Part shown: positions 20,701 to 28,893 of the stretch, in pieces
How positions within the stretch are numbered: position 1 is the stretch's first letter
Layout: every line of letters begins with the position of its first letter
Virus record (IMG/VR): IMGVR_UViG_2706795742_000001
Coordinates: 1 to 64,000 of that record
Reading direction: 5' to 3' (one strand)
DNA from: a virus
Lineage: Duplodnaviria; Caudoviricetes
DNA length: 64,000 bases
The notes under the pieces: generated by a model
The model's input: the letters and a program-made list of their open reading frames with translations, nothing else
The model's database searches: none
Told to the model about the DNA's origin: nothing
Position numbers and translations under genes: made by a program

Positions 20701-23700
20701 GCTGGCAAGGTTGGTCTGCCTGAAATGGCAGAGGTCCAGCAACTCGCAAAGGGCGGTAACGTCGCAGGCCGCGTAGTCGGACCGGGAACTGGCACTAGCG
20801 ATTCCATTTTCACTAGCGCTGCACCCGGCACGGAAATCTTTACGGCGCGTGAGGTTGCAAATGCCGGTGGATTCTCCGGTTTGGAGCGACTTCTTTCTCA
20901 GCGAGGCGTGCGCGGATTTGCCGCACCTTCTGGCACTGGCGCTCCCGTTGCATTGAGTAATGGCGAATTTGCCGCGACTCCTGCAATGGTTGCGCAGCTT
21001 GGCGGAACGAATGCTGTTAAGGCTATTCGCGCCCAGCTTGCCGGTGGCGGAATTCCTCAGCATGGTCTTGGTGATATGGTTAGCGCAGTTACTTCGCTGC
21101 CAGGAAAGGCCGTGGATAAGGTTGTCGATACCGGGCGCAGTGTTGCCGGTGAAGGCGTTGACGCTCTTATGTCCGCGCTTGAAAAGACTATTCCTGATGT
21201 TCTTACGCCTCCCGGTGGAGATATTGGCAAGCTGCCAAAGGGATTCTTTAATGCTGTTCGCGTAAAGGTCGTGGACACCATTAAGGGTCACGCGGGCGGC
21301 GGCACGGTCGCGCGCTTTGCCGGTGGCGGCACGACGTCGAGCGCGTCGCCCGCTGCCGGTGGCGCGGCGACCGGCGCGAGCGCCGGGGCCGCTGGTGCTG
21401 GCTCAGGCGGCGTCGATCTGGGAACTGGTACCGGACTCGCACAGGCTGTAGCGGGGAGCACCGACGCGGCGGCGCAAATCTGGGAAGCCTACTACCAGGA
21501 AATTGAAACCGCTCAGGTTGCCAGCAATACCGTTATGCAGACTCAGCAGCTTATGGCCGACACCGTTATGTTGGCTCAGCAGGCTGCAAGCATTACCGGC
21601 ATGACTGTTAATGCTGACACTTATCGGGCAACGGAAGGAACGAATAGTCTTCTATTCCAGCAGACTCAGGCCACCAATGACCTTGCTCATAAGGCTGTTC
21701 TCAACTCTCAGTTGAGCACCTTTACTAGCGCGCAGGGCAGTACCTGGGGAAGTTTCCGTAGTAATCTGGACAAGATCACTACGGATATGCAGGCAGACGT
21801 TACGACCAATTTCAACGAACTCGGTGCTAATATCGAGGAAGTTGTTATGCGTCAGATTACGCCTACAATTGAAACCTTTGACCCGTTGCTCAATACTGCA
21901 ATCGGCTGGTTCGGTTCCGCCTCTGATGATATTGGTCAGATGTGGGCGCAGACTTTGCCGAAGGTTCAGGACCCGACTCGCAGCATTATTAACGACGTTT
22001 ACAATAACGGCGTTCGTGTTGCGTGGAGCAAGGTTCATACTTGGCTCGATTTGCCAGAACTTGAGCAGTTCACCGCAGGTTTTGCCGAGGGTGGTGCTCC
22101 CGGCTTCGGCGGCAATATGGTTCCGCTTAGCTCTCTGAGCAACCCGAATAACCCGCGTTCGATTAAGAATGGCGGACCGCTTAAGGCCGCCTCGGGTTCT
22201 CGGGACTCCACTCTTTTTGCTGGTATGCGTGGCGAATACGTAATGAGCAAAAAGATGGTCGAGGGAGCCGGTGGTATCGGTAATCTTGAGGCGTGGCGAA
22301 AGGCAGTCAATACTGGCGTTCGGCCCGTTGAAACTGGTGGCACGATTAATTTCGACGCTGTTCCAGGTTTCGCTGCCGGTGGTTTGGTTGCCCGTCCTGA
22401 GAACCAGGAAGTTCCTGGTGTTATTCAGCAGGTTCCTGAAATCCTTAAGCCGTACTACAACCGTGTTTATGATTACGGCGGTGGCGGCGAAGGCGGTCGT
22501 GGTTATGACTGCTCGGGCTGGACTGGTGCTGTTCACCAAATCCTGAATGGCGCAAGCCATGTTGGGCGTATTTGGTCCACTGAGGTTAATTTCAGTAGCT
22601 TTGGATATAAGCGCGGTAACGATGGTTACTGGTCGATGGGTGTCCATAACGGCGGCGGCGGAATGAATTCGCACACCGCCGGTACACTTGCGGGCGTTAA
22701 CTACGAATCGGGCGGCGCTCATAATACGTCAACCTGGGGCGGTCCGGCTGCCGGTACGATTAACTCGCAGTTTGAGAACCAGTATTACCTGCCGAGCCTT
22801 GGCGGAAAGTTCATTGGAACGCCGGGCGGAAATGGTATGTCCGTGGCAATTACTCCCATGTTGCTTGAAATGTGGGATAAGCACATGGACACCATTAAGC
22901 CGGGAATTGAGGGGCTTGGGCTTGGCGGAACCATTGGAAAGAATCCAATGGCCGCGTTCGACAAGTTTAATCTCCTTCGTGGAGTTGTTGAAAAGAAGGG
23001 TGAAGAAAAGGACGCAGCAGCAGCTGTTGCAGCGGCGGCTAATTACGGTCAGGGTGCGCCTGGTTCGTACGGCGGTGGCGTGGAAAGGTGGCGTTCCGTT
23101 GTTCAGGAAGCGCTGCAAATGGTGGGCCAGCCCAAGTCTTACGACGAAATTACTCTTCGTAGGATGAACCAGGAATCCGGTGGCGATCCGCAGGCTATTA
23201 ACCTGTGGGATAGCAATGCTGCCGCAGGAACTCCCTCCAAGGGCCTTATGCAGGTTATTGATCCCACGTTCCAGGCAAATCGTCATCCGGCGCTGCCTAA
23301 TAACATCTGGGACCCAATGGCTAATATCGTGGCGTCCATGCGTTATACGCTTGGTCGTTATGGTTCGCTGCCCGCTGGATACAACCGTGCTGGTGGATAT
23401 GACAAGGGCGGATGGTTGGAGCCTGGCATTACTCAGGCAATTAACTTGACCGGAAAGCGTGAGGCAGTTCTCACGAATACGGACTGGAAGGCTGTTTACA
23501 AGGCTGCAATGAAGCCCGCTGTTGACGCCAAGATGATTGCCGAGGGCTATATAGCGGCGATGGAGAAAGTCTACGGAGTCAATATCAGCAAGAAGGTTGG
23601 TGACGTTCAGGCTCAGGCGGTGGAATGGGCGCTGGAAGGTCAGAATGCCACCTGGAATCCTCAGATTATCCAGGCGGCGGAAGATACTTCTAATGCGGTC

Positions 23701-24558
23701 CAGAGCACCACTCAGGCGGTAAATGGCACTACTGGGGCTGTTTACAAGTCCACGGACACGCTTAAGGGAATGCTTAAGCAGAGCGAGGAACAAACTGCTC
23801 AGTTGAAGGCTCTTACCGAGCTTATGACTGCGCTGAGTTCCAGTTCTGCTGGCGGCATTTCGGTGGACGAGAACGGCAATGTAAAGGCCAGCTTCGGCGC
23901 ATTCGCCCCGGCGATGACCGCACTAGCCGGACTGATTACCATGCTGCCCGACGCGGAACCGACTTATGTTTCGTGGGCTGGAACCAACGCCGAGGTTTCC
24001 GATGAAATGCGTCGAGAGAAGTTGCTCAACGACATTTCCAATTCGAGCAAGGGGCTGTACTACGCATTTAAGACCATAGCACCGCCGGTTCTTAAGCACA
24101 CTGCGATTATCGGTACCGCGCTTGAAAGCCTCATGGCTCAGGATTCCGCTGCATGGAGTTCTGCACTTGCTGCCATTGCTCAGAATAACCCTGCCGGTTA
24201 TTTTGTTGCTGTGATTCTGGTGCTTAAGTCCATTCTGGTTATGCTGCCGCTGATTATTAATGCGATCCTGGACATTGGTCCCGCGATCATTCAGAGCCTC
24301 ATTGCCTACTTCACTAAGTTTGAACCTGACGCAGTTTATGCGTATGGTTCTTACGAGGCGGCAAACGACGCTGTGATTAAGAATCAGACTGCAATCCGTA
24401 ACGGTGCAACTGGTCCGAATTTTGAGACCACCACCGTTCAGCAGGAGCAGCAGAGCTATAACTTCAACTTCTACGGAGACGTTGTGGTTCCGAATGTTAC
24501 TAATGAGTCCGGTGTTGACAAGTTTGTCAATAACCTTCTTGGACTGGCAGGAGCTTAG
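14740..24558 (+). CDS. Tape measure protein (3272 aa) with NlpC/P60-like and lytic transglycosylase domains
   Basis: Ala-rich helical repeats; GYDCSG..H at ~22.5-22.7 kb; QESGG..A.N.WD....GLMQ at ~23.15-23.35 kb. Confidence 0.95.
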   Translation: MTPAELRILVSVRAADAKKMLGQLTAAMNAIKAKTAEASASIRGFNGTLASSNGTISNTSKNAADLAANLSRVGKSASGVTKVSASAKSANAALAGLEKNSMKAAQNLAAIDKAATRAAAGISRISKSAPEIKALGAAFKGTAADIAAFNAALNKAATAGTRAEKTVGAAGAAAKASGTAAAGAAKGWESMAAAQAASATSARAAATANKAAAAATSTNAASTAAASAAQLTLAERVAKSSEEMRKAGSRAQWAGRQISLMFTAPTALLIGAGTKWILDLQKQQTQLAKVYGDTHDSAAELEKQLNSLQGQFREMSDAYGFSQEEITGIGAAWAQAGKSGQALAEYTRLSTEAMIIGDITAKQAQESMVGLNLQWGLAAKQSKITATEMMSMQDAIAAINTASNQTQVSYADLLTVMSQAGSVAKNAGVSFKETLAMATSITRITGSANKAGNALKSIFTNAMFPTRGRGTDFLKQLGVDLENTEDRALTASQRIERVALNMARLDEQGRITAAAGIFTKWQVNAFAQLGNDIDKARVQLNLWTREITGTEVAGKNLYESLSRLDSIKPGSNAEKAMRALKIEIDDAGYKTMNVNAKFIRFADSLRGLNDEQRRSRIGDIFGETRVSQIDELVKKTNENTEALGNYNRELATLGDKRKNFDSYKKELNTFLESNPQKFKIAGQMIKNSIMDVVIVLLPYIIATAQAIAQMARAFSEMNPTLQKVVIGFMIFLALVGPLAILISSFKVLFGVIGGGMAKLLGFFIVTSKGADGASKSYFRFSAAGKKAAAENRASMTSMTGIIRSGFASIIRSAFNSAASYVRAAFRGAKGSTQAYAQGATATARAVWVSSVQVVNNEAATGARRAQIALNTGRTLLQIENNTGMLRRNAAGAVNFAIVEGEVISGAQRTANQSKTGKQMLALESADGRARRLANQRVNFEIVSTEQVANAKRVANQTRNNGQMLALESASGRQRRMAQTAYAAGVLREDSVTAARRLAIINANNPRLAAAQAAGMQAQARAVAAGGASVVAAQAAVSRKQALVATTGGVTAGAGAANGAKKGFKGKAGGLLTTMLSVFSFLPIGWMKAIGRGFSAIPKAISSGVKSIGPKIGGLFSKLGINSGKTFGQGVMRVLGGKGGWIGAAIGAIVAGVAFAWDDIVKSFNRIFKSDNNIPIFARPFVFSAELIINVIKKLPDVVVAVFKAVVSTIVAAGKAVYKAFSYLNPFQRHSPSLVENVTNGMAVVTSVFADSSKQIQGDIHDAYRAILKFGTATAGLSGKAAGIKRDEDLGELNKADPSGAAANAYKGMEAQTKKLEANSVKLNAAMVRQQKIVDGLKQKLDAADKAIAKVQRSMDQAQKVADAFGKALEFAQSRLDFYANAPIKGMRAMSDAIFENEMAQKRLQLQMMQLEEAGGSIDDITDKYARLQGQIETLSGERAELQQKGAGSDILATYDKMIADLKKQQGEALTGPAAEVEALNKSLDELKRKGEMLDLQNSLQFDPLTRQIQQLVSNEQELDFGTIVAGVQTYKAQVDGLTVAHQTANDVVAAHASVLSVMSDQREALAATYDAEQEKLDGIKTTYDQNRAAIDALESAMNELVSNASTVNQYMDEQKRKMEEAAEKLKNAKDGVDDLKNSLGELGDLDIDPDSLVPEDIGPKLEEKFGDMFKGLGDKFKNFFKELGPKILGWVTGLGKWLLDGLKKLPGEIAKGLSFILGYLIGALAKIASKIGEGFEKGLVWIFTEMPGKIWEWITNIDWSQVWQAISDVFMGIFTNKDDFWGKIGSWIIDGLLGGIWNAIQNIGQWIMDNIITPFMNGIKEGWGIASPSTVMAEIGMWLIEGFLGGLVNNFFKLVTWFTELPGKLIAAMGDLGKWIGDKFSQALAWIRDKLPEWAQGVFDFFKNLPSNIIEKLGDLKKWIGDKFHEALDWLRDKLPSWADPILNFFENLPNLIGKALDTIKEKAKTPINFVIGTVYNNGIRRIWNNTAGKVGLPEMAEVQQLAKGGNVAGRVVGPGTGTSDSIFTSAAPGTEIFTAREVANAGGFSGLERLLSQRGVRGFAAPSGTGAPVALSNGEFAATPAMVAQLGGTNAVKAIRAQLAGGGIPQHGLGDMVSAVTSLPGKAVDKVVDTGRSVAGEGVDALMSALEKTIPDVLTPPGGDIGKLPKGFFNAVRVKVVDTIKGHAGGGTVARFAGGGTTSSASPAAGGAATGASAGAAGAGSGGVDLGTGTGLAQAVAGSTDAAAQIWEAYYQEIETAQVASNTVMQTQQLMADTVMLAQQAASITGMTVNADTYRATEGTNSLLFQQTQATNDLAHKAVLNSQLSTFTSAQGSTWGSFRSNLDKITTDMQADVTTNFNELGANIEEVVMRQITPTIETFDPLLNTAIGWFGSASDDIGQMWAQTLPKVQDPTRSIINDVYNNGVRVAWSKVHTWLDLPELEQFTAGFAEGGAPGFGGNMVPLSSLSNPNNPRSIKNGGPLKAASGSRDSTLFAGMRGEYVMSKKMVEGAGGIGNLEAWRKAVNTGVRPVETGGTINFDAVPGFAAGGLVARPENQEVPGVIQQVPEILKPYYNRVYDYGGGGEGGRGYDCSGWTGAVHQILNGASHVGRIWSTEVNFSSFGYKRGNDGYWSMGVHNGGGGMNSHTAGTLAGVNYESGGAHNTSTWGGPAAGTINSQFENQYYLPSLGGKFIGTPGGNGMSVAITPMLLEMWDKHMDTIKPGIEGLGLGGTIGKNPMAAFDKFNLLRGVVEKKGEEKDAAAAVAAAANYGQGAPGSYGGGVERWRSVVQEALQMVGQPKSYDEITLRRMNQESGGDPQAINLWDSNAAAGTPSKGLMQVIDPTFQANRHPALPNNIWDPMANIVASMRYTLGRYGSLPAGYNRAGGYDKGGWLEPGITQAINLTGKREAVLTNTDWKAVYKAAMKPAVDAKMIAEGYIAAMEKVYGVNISKKVGDVQAQAVEWALEGQNATWNPQIIQAAEDTSNAVQSTTQAVNGTTGAVYKSTDTLKGMLKQSEEQTAQLKALTELMTALSSSSAGGISVDENGNVKASFGAFAPAMTALAGLITMLPDAEPTYVSWAGTNAEVSDEMRREKLLNDISNSSKGLYYAFKTIAPPVLKHTAIIGTALESLMAQDSAAWSSALAAIAQNNPAGYFVAVILVLKSILVMLPLIINAILDIGPAIIQSLIAYFTKFEPDAVYAYGSYEAANDAVIKNQTAIRNGATGPNFETTTVQQEQQSYNFNFYGDVVVPNVTNESGVDKFVNNLLGLAGA

Positions 24559-24560
24559 AA

Positions 24561-27140
24561 ATGGGTAGATATAACTGGCGACCGAATGTTGCCGCCGCCA
24601 TTGACTACGGAAACGTAGACACTGACGGTTCAGGCACGGTCCTTGGTGATAATAATGACAGCACTCAGAAGAAGTATTTTTCTGACGCTGGCTCTATCCT
24701 GACATTCGTTTTGCCAGCCCCCAGCGTGATCCCACTCGGCCGCGAGATTATCGCGGTTCGAGTGGGACACCGGCAAAAGAATGACCTGCTGTTGTTCAAC
24801 GGCTGGCCGCGGACTTATTTGCGTTATGAGGGCCGAAAGCAAGCAAATACTGTAGCGTACAAGCAGGACGGATATTCCGGCTCTGCTCGTGAGGTTTTGG
24901 GTGCAGCGCTATATAATAAGAATCTACAGCCCTGGGGATGGACTGAGATTGAAAATATGGGCGCAGAGACCGGCGCTGCTGTTGGCGATATTGGCCCCAA
25001 TCGGAAAAATCGCTGGTGTGTTGTTACAGAGGTTTTCATTCAGCTAGTTTGGAATGATCCGGTTCCAATTCCGTCTCAGCCTCATCCTGCAAATAACCAG
25101 ACAATTGACACTAGCTCCGTTCAATTTAGTGCCGTTCATCCGGCACCGCAGGACGAACAGCCTGTGCAGACCGTTTTTCAGGTCTCGCGGGTTAATACGT
25201 TTGACGACGACGATGTTCGCACATTTATCGGCGGATTGAACGGTAGTGTTGATCCAAATTCGCGTAGCTACTATGTCAGTGATCCGCTTAGGGATAATGG
25301 CAGTTACACGAATCTCGGTCCCGGCACTTGGTACCTTCGTACCAAGGGCCGGGATTTCCGGGGTTATGAATCTGACTGGTCGGAAACCACGAGCTTTAAT
25401 ATCGTTCATGGTCCACTTCCTACGCCTTCATTGACCGACCCGACTAGCGGGAGCACAATTAATACGCCTTACCGTACGCGGAGGGCGCGTATTGACGTGC
25501 AACCGTCGGGCGGTCGGCGCGTGGGTGTTACTTGGCAATTCTCTACCGAGTCGGATTTCTCTGACAATATCGTTCAGTGGACGAATAGCGAAGGCGGAAC
25601 ATTTGTAGCCAGCGCCGGATTCCCGTTCGACATTTCCTATAATCCGCAGCCTAATCCCTCTATAACCAGCGGGGGTAAGGGTGGTTCTGTCGGCGTTCTC
25701 GATCCCTCGCAGTACCTCGCACAGGGGACGTGGTACGCGCGGGTGCGCTGCACCGACGTATGGGACCAGTCCGGGGCGTGGTCGGACCCGATCACGTTCG
25801 CCGTCGTCCATCCTCCGGTTCCGGTGAATTTGATCCCGAATGGCGGGGCGAGCTTCGACCAGGAAACCGCACCTGTTCGTTGGGGATTTACTGATCCGTG
25901 GGCAAATGACTATCAGACCAGTTATCGTATGCGTGTTTATGACGCGAGTAGCAATCTGATTCAGGACACCGGAAAAACGCTTAGCGGTGTGAACCGTGGA
26001 ATTATGAGCGTTAATAAGGTGACCCATCATCGACAAATGCTCACCGTGGCGGTCGATGTTTGGGACGCCGACGACGTTGGCTCCGCACCCGAAAATCAGC
26101 TTGTTGGTACTTGTCGGCTGAGCACTGCTCCTATTATTGTTGTCCTGTTCCCGGATGATATGGAGCAAATTGCTAGCGGTCAGCCCGTGTTTAGCTGGTC
26201 TTGCACTTATGCTGCACCTGGAATTACTCAGAAGAGTTTCCGTATTCGCGTCACAGATATGGCTACCGGAAAGCTAATGTATGATTCTGGTGAGGTATTC
26301 AGTGTTACCGAAGAGCATATGCCGACTCGACCAATTCTTAAGAATCTTGCCGGTTATCAGCTCAGTCTGACTGTCACTGATTCTGAGGATTTGTCGCGTA
26401 CAGTTCACCGTAATTTCTCAACGAATTTTGACCGTCCAGAAGTTGTGTTCGCTGACGTTGATTACTCTGTGTATCAGGAAAATGGCTACTGCGATATTTC
26501 GTGGCCGACCGGAAACCCTGATCCGTTCTTTAAGGAGTGGCGAGTTTACCGCAAGCGTTTTGGTGACACCGACGATGAATATGTGTTGGCCGGAACCGTA
26601 GAGGATATTAACACCCTTGCATTTAGGGACTGGCTTATCGCCGGCAATGACAAGTTCGTTTATTCGGTGGTCCAGGTTGCATATCGCTACGGCTCTCCCG
26701 TTGAATCTGAGCATAATCCGACGTTGCCGTTCTTCATTTTTTCGGACAGCTACTGGTTGATTATTCCGGACAATGACCAGCTTAATATCAAAGTCAACAA
26801 CGTCACTGGTGATCGGTTTACTGATAACCGTGAAATGGCTGATATTAACATTATCGGTGGCGGGCGTCGTAGAATCTATGGCACCCGTTACGGCAAGTCT
26901 GGCAACCTTTCTATCCAGGTTCGCCATAGTCAAAAGATGAGCGCCACAAAGTTCATTGAAAAGCTGTGGAATGTTTGTGACGAGAACATTGCAGTTTATA
27001 TGCGCGATCCATTTGGAAACGTGACGCTTATTGCAATTGGCGAGCCGAGCTTGGACAGAATGGCTGGCGTCGGCGAATCCGAATTCGGTGACGTTGACTT
27101 GCCATACATGGCTGTTGGTAGTATCGAAGACAGCATTTAA
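24561..27140 (+). CDS. Minor tail protein with Fn3/Ig-like repeats and Dit-like C-terminus
   Basis: Follows tape measure; repeated WY.R.R..D...SxWS motifs. Confidence 0.75.
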   Translation: MGRYNWRPNVAAAIDYGNVDTDGSGTVLGDNNDSTQKKYFSDAGSILTFVLPAPSVIPLGREIIAVRVGHRQKNDLLLFNGWPRTYLRYEGRKQANTVAYKQDGYSGSAREVLGAALYNKNLQPWGWTEIENMGAETGAAVGDIGPNRKNRWCVVTEVFIQLVWNDPVPIPSQPHPANNQTIDTSSVQFSAVHPAPQDEQPVQTVFQVSRVNTFDDDDVRTFIGGLNGSVDPNSRSYYVSDPLRDNGSYTNLGPGTWYLRTKGRDFRGYESDWSETTSFNIVHGPLPTPSLTDPTSGSTINTPYRTRRARIDVQPSGGRRVGVTWQFSTESDFSDNIVQWTNSEGGTFVASAGFPFDISYNPQPNPSITSGGKGGSVGVLDPSQYLAQGTWYARVRCTDVWDQSGAWSDPITFAVVHPPVPVNLIPNGGASFDQETAPVRWGFTDPWANDYQTSYRMRVYDASSNLIQDTGKTLSGVNRGIMSVNKVTHHRQMLTVAVDVWDADDVGSAPENQLVGTCRLSTAPIIVVLFPDDMEQIASGQPVFSWSCTYAAPGITQKSFRIRVTDMATGKLMYDSGEVFSVTEEHMPTRPILKNLAGYQLSLTVTDSEDLSRTVHRNFSTNFDRPEVVFADVDYSVYQENGYCDISWPTGNPDPFFKEWRVYRKRFGDTDDEYVLAGTVEDINTLAFRDWLIAGNDKFVYSVVQVAYRYGSPVESEHNPTLPFFIFSDSYWLIIPDNDQLNIKVNNVTGDRFTDNREMADINIIGGGRRRIYGTRYGKSGNLSIQVRHSQKMSATKFIEKLWNVCDENIAVYMRDPFGNVTLIAIGEPSLDRMAGVGESEFGDVDLPYMAVGSIEDSI

Positions 27141-27159
27141 GTAGAGAAAGAGAAGGGCA

Positions 27160-28893
27160 ATGCCGCACCCGCCTAACCGCCTTATTGAAGAGGCATTTCT
27201 CGCTCCGACGGTTGAGCTTATCCGTCGAATCGAGATTTACGAGCAGGATGGAAAAACACCTTGGGAGCCGGAGGCATGGAAGCATATTCTCGTTGGCGGG
27301 AGCGTGAACATTGATTACAGCAATGATTCTCGACGCTCGCTTGACGTGGAGCTTTTCAATTACAAGGACAAGCTGACACCGGGGCCAGAGAAGTTTTGGT
27401 ACGACAAGGTAATCAAGGCTTATGTTGGAATTGTTACTCACAAAGAAGACGAGGCGGTTTCGCCTAAGATTCTCATTGTTGAGGAAAATTCTGCAACGAA
27501 TCAGGCTCTCATTTTGAAGAACCTGCTTCATGCCGCAGGTTGCCAATTTGTTGACTACGATCCGCTAACCGAGAATATATCTGAGATTCAGGACTACGAC
27601 ATTATCGTGTCAATTTCTGGAACTCATAGCCTGAAACTCGAACTGATTACCTTGGCATATCAGACTGGCAAATCGGTTCTTAGTTTTGGTCTGGATAGCA
27701 CGTCGGCCCAGTTGCCAATGATTATTGGCTCAACTGGGCCGGTCCAGGCCGATCACGATATTCGTCATTTCGAGAATGATGAGCTTGACGATCCCATTAG
27801 CACTGGCTGGGATGAATGGAATATCATTGATCCGCGTCCGTATCGTCCCATTGTTTCAACTCCTGGAAAGGTTGTCGCTGTAGAGAATGCCAATACTTTT
27901 GGCTACGGTTCCATTATGATTCAGGGCCAGGAAACTGGTGTATGGATTCATACTCAAATGGCCGACTTCGACAAATTTGAAACTAATGACGATCGGGATG
28001 GGTTTATTTCTTATTTGGCTAGTGTTGTCTATCGCGCGGATACTTATGACGTTGAGGCAACATGGGAGACGCAAGTAGGCGAGTTTATACCGGAGAACAT
28101 TTCTGACTCTGGTGATGTAATCACCGAGTCCATTAATGTCACGGCCCTGGATTACTCAAAGCGTTGCAAGCAAAGTAAGTTCTCAAAAGCCACTATGTTC
28201 ACCGAGGATCAGCGTATTGTTGATGTGATTAGGATTCTTGCTGCAAATGCTGGAATCTTTAAGCACAAGCTGCCTGAAACTTTGCCGACCGTTCTGGGTA
28301 AAGATACAACCTGGGAGCGCGACGCCGAGCGGTGGGCGGTAATGAGCGACATTGCTACAGCGAATAATTATGACCTGTGGTTTGACGCGGAAGGCTTTCT
28401 CCGACTCACGCCCCAGTCGGACCCGCTTCTCACTCCGTCAACCTTGTCACTTAATACCGGACCTCGTGGAAATCTGGTGAGTAGAGGAAGAAAGACTTCT
28501 GACGCAAGTCTGTTTAATCATATTACCGTTGTTGGCGAGTCGAGCGATAAGAACCTGCCGCTGGTATTCGGTGAGGCAATTAACAATGATCCTGCGTCGC
28601 CCAGTTCGATTCAGAATATTGGTGATCGCGTCAAGAATATCAACAACAATCTGATTACCAGCACTCAACAGGCTCAGGAAATCGCTGATGTGATGTTGAG
28701 TATTGCCGCGCTTGAAGAGTTTGAACTGGACTTCACCAGCCTTTTGCTTCCGTGGATCGAGGCTGGTGAGGTTCTGGAAATGAAAGAATCCGACGCCGGG
28801 TGGGCACCCGCTCGGTATTTGATTACCAGTCTAAGCATTCCATTGGATTTGTCCCCGATGAGCGGAAACGGAAAGCGAGTTACTAAGCTATGA
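27160..28893 (+). CDS. Minor tail / baseplate hub protein with inserted alpha/beta domain
   Basis: Hub-like N- and C-terminal parts (WFDAEG.L.L.P, FNHITVVG) around a ~200-aa insertion. Confidence 0.7.
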   Translation: MPHPPNRLIEEAFLAPTVELIRRIEIYEQDGKTPWEPEAWKHILVGGSVNIDYSNDSRRSLDVELFNYKDKLTPGPEKFWYDKVIKAYVGIVTHKEDEAVSPKILIVEENSATNQALILKNLLHAAGCQFVDYDPLTENISEIQDYDIIVSISGTHSLKLELITLAYQTGKSVLSFGLDSTSAQLPMIIGSTGPVQADHDIRHFENDELDDPISTGWDEWNIIDPRPYRPIVSTPGKVVAVENANTFGYGSIMIQGQETGVWIHTQMADFDKFETNDDRDGFISYLASVVYRADTYDVEATWETQVGEFIPENISDSGDVITESINVTALDYSKRCKQSKFSKATMFTEDQRIVDVIRILAANAGIFKHKLPETLPTVLGKDTTWERDAERWAVMSDIATANNYDLWFDAEGFLRLTPQSDPLLTPSTLSLNTGPRGNLVSRGRKTSDASLFNHITVVGESSDKNLPLVFGEAINNDPASPSSIQNIGDRVKNINNNLITSTQQAQEIADVMLSIAALEEFELDFTSLLLPWIEAGEVLEMKESDAGWAPARYLITSLSIPLDLSPMSGNGKRVTKL

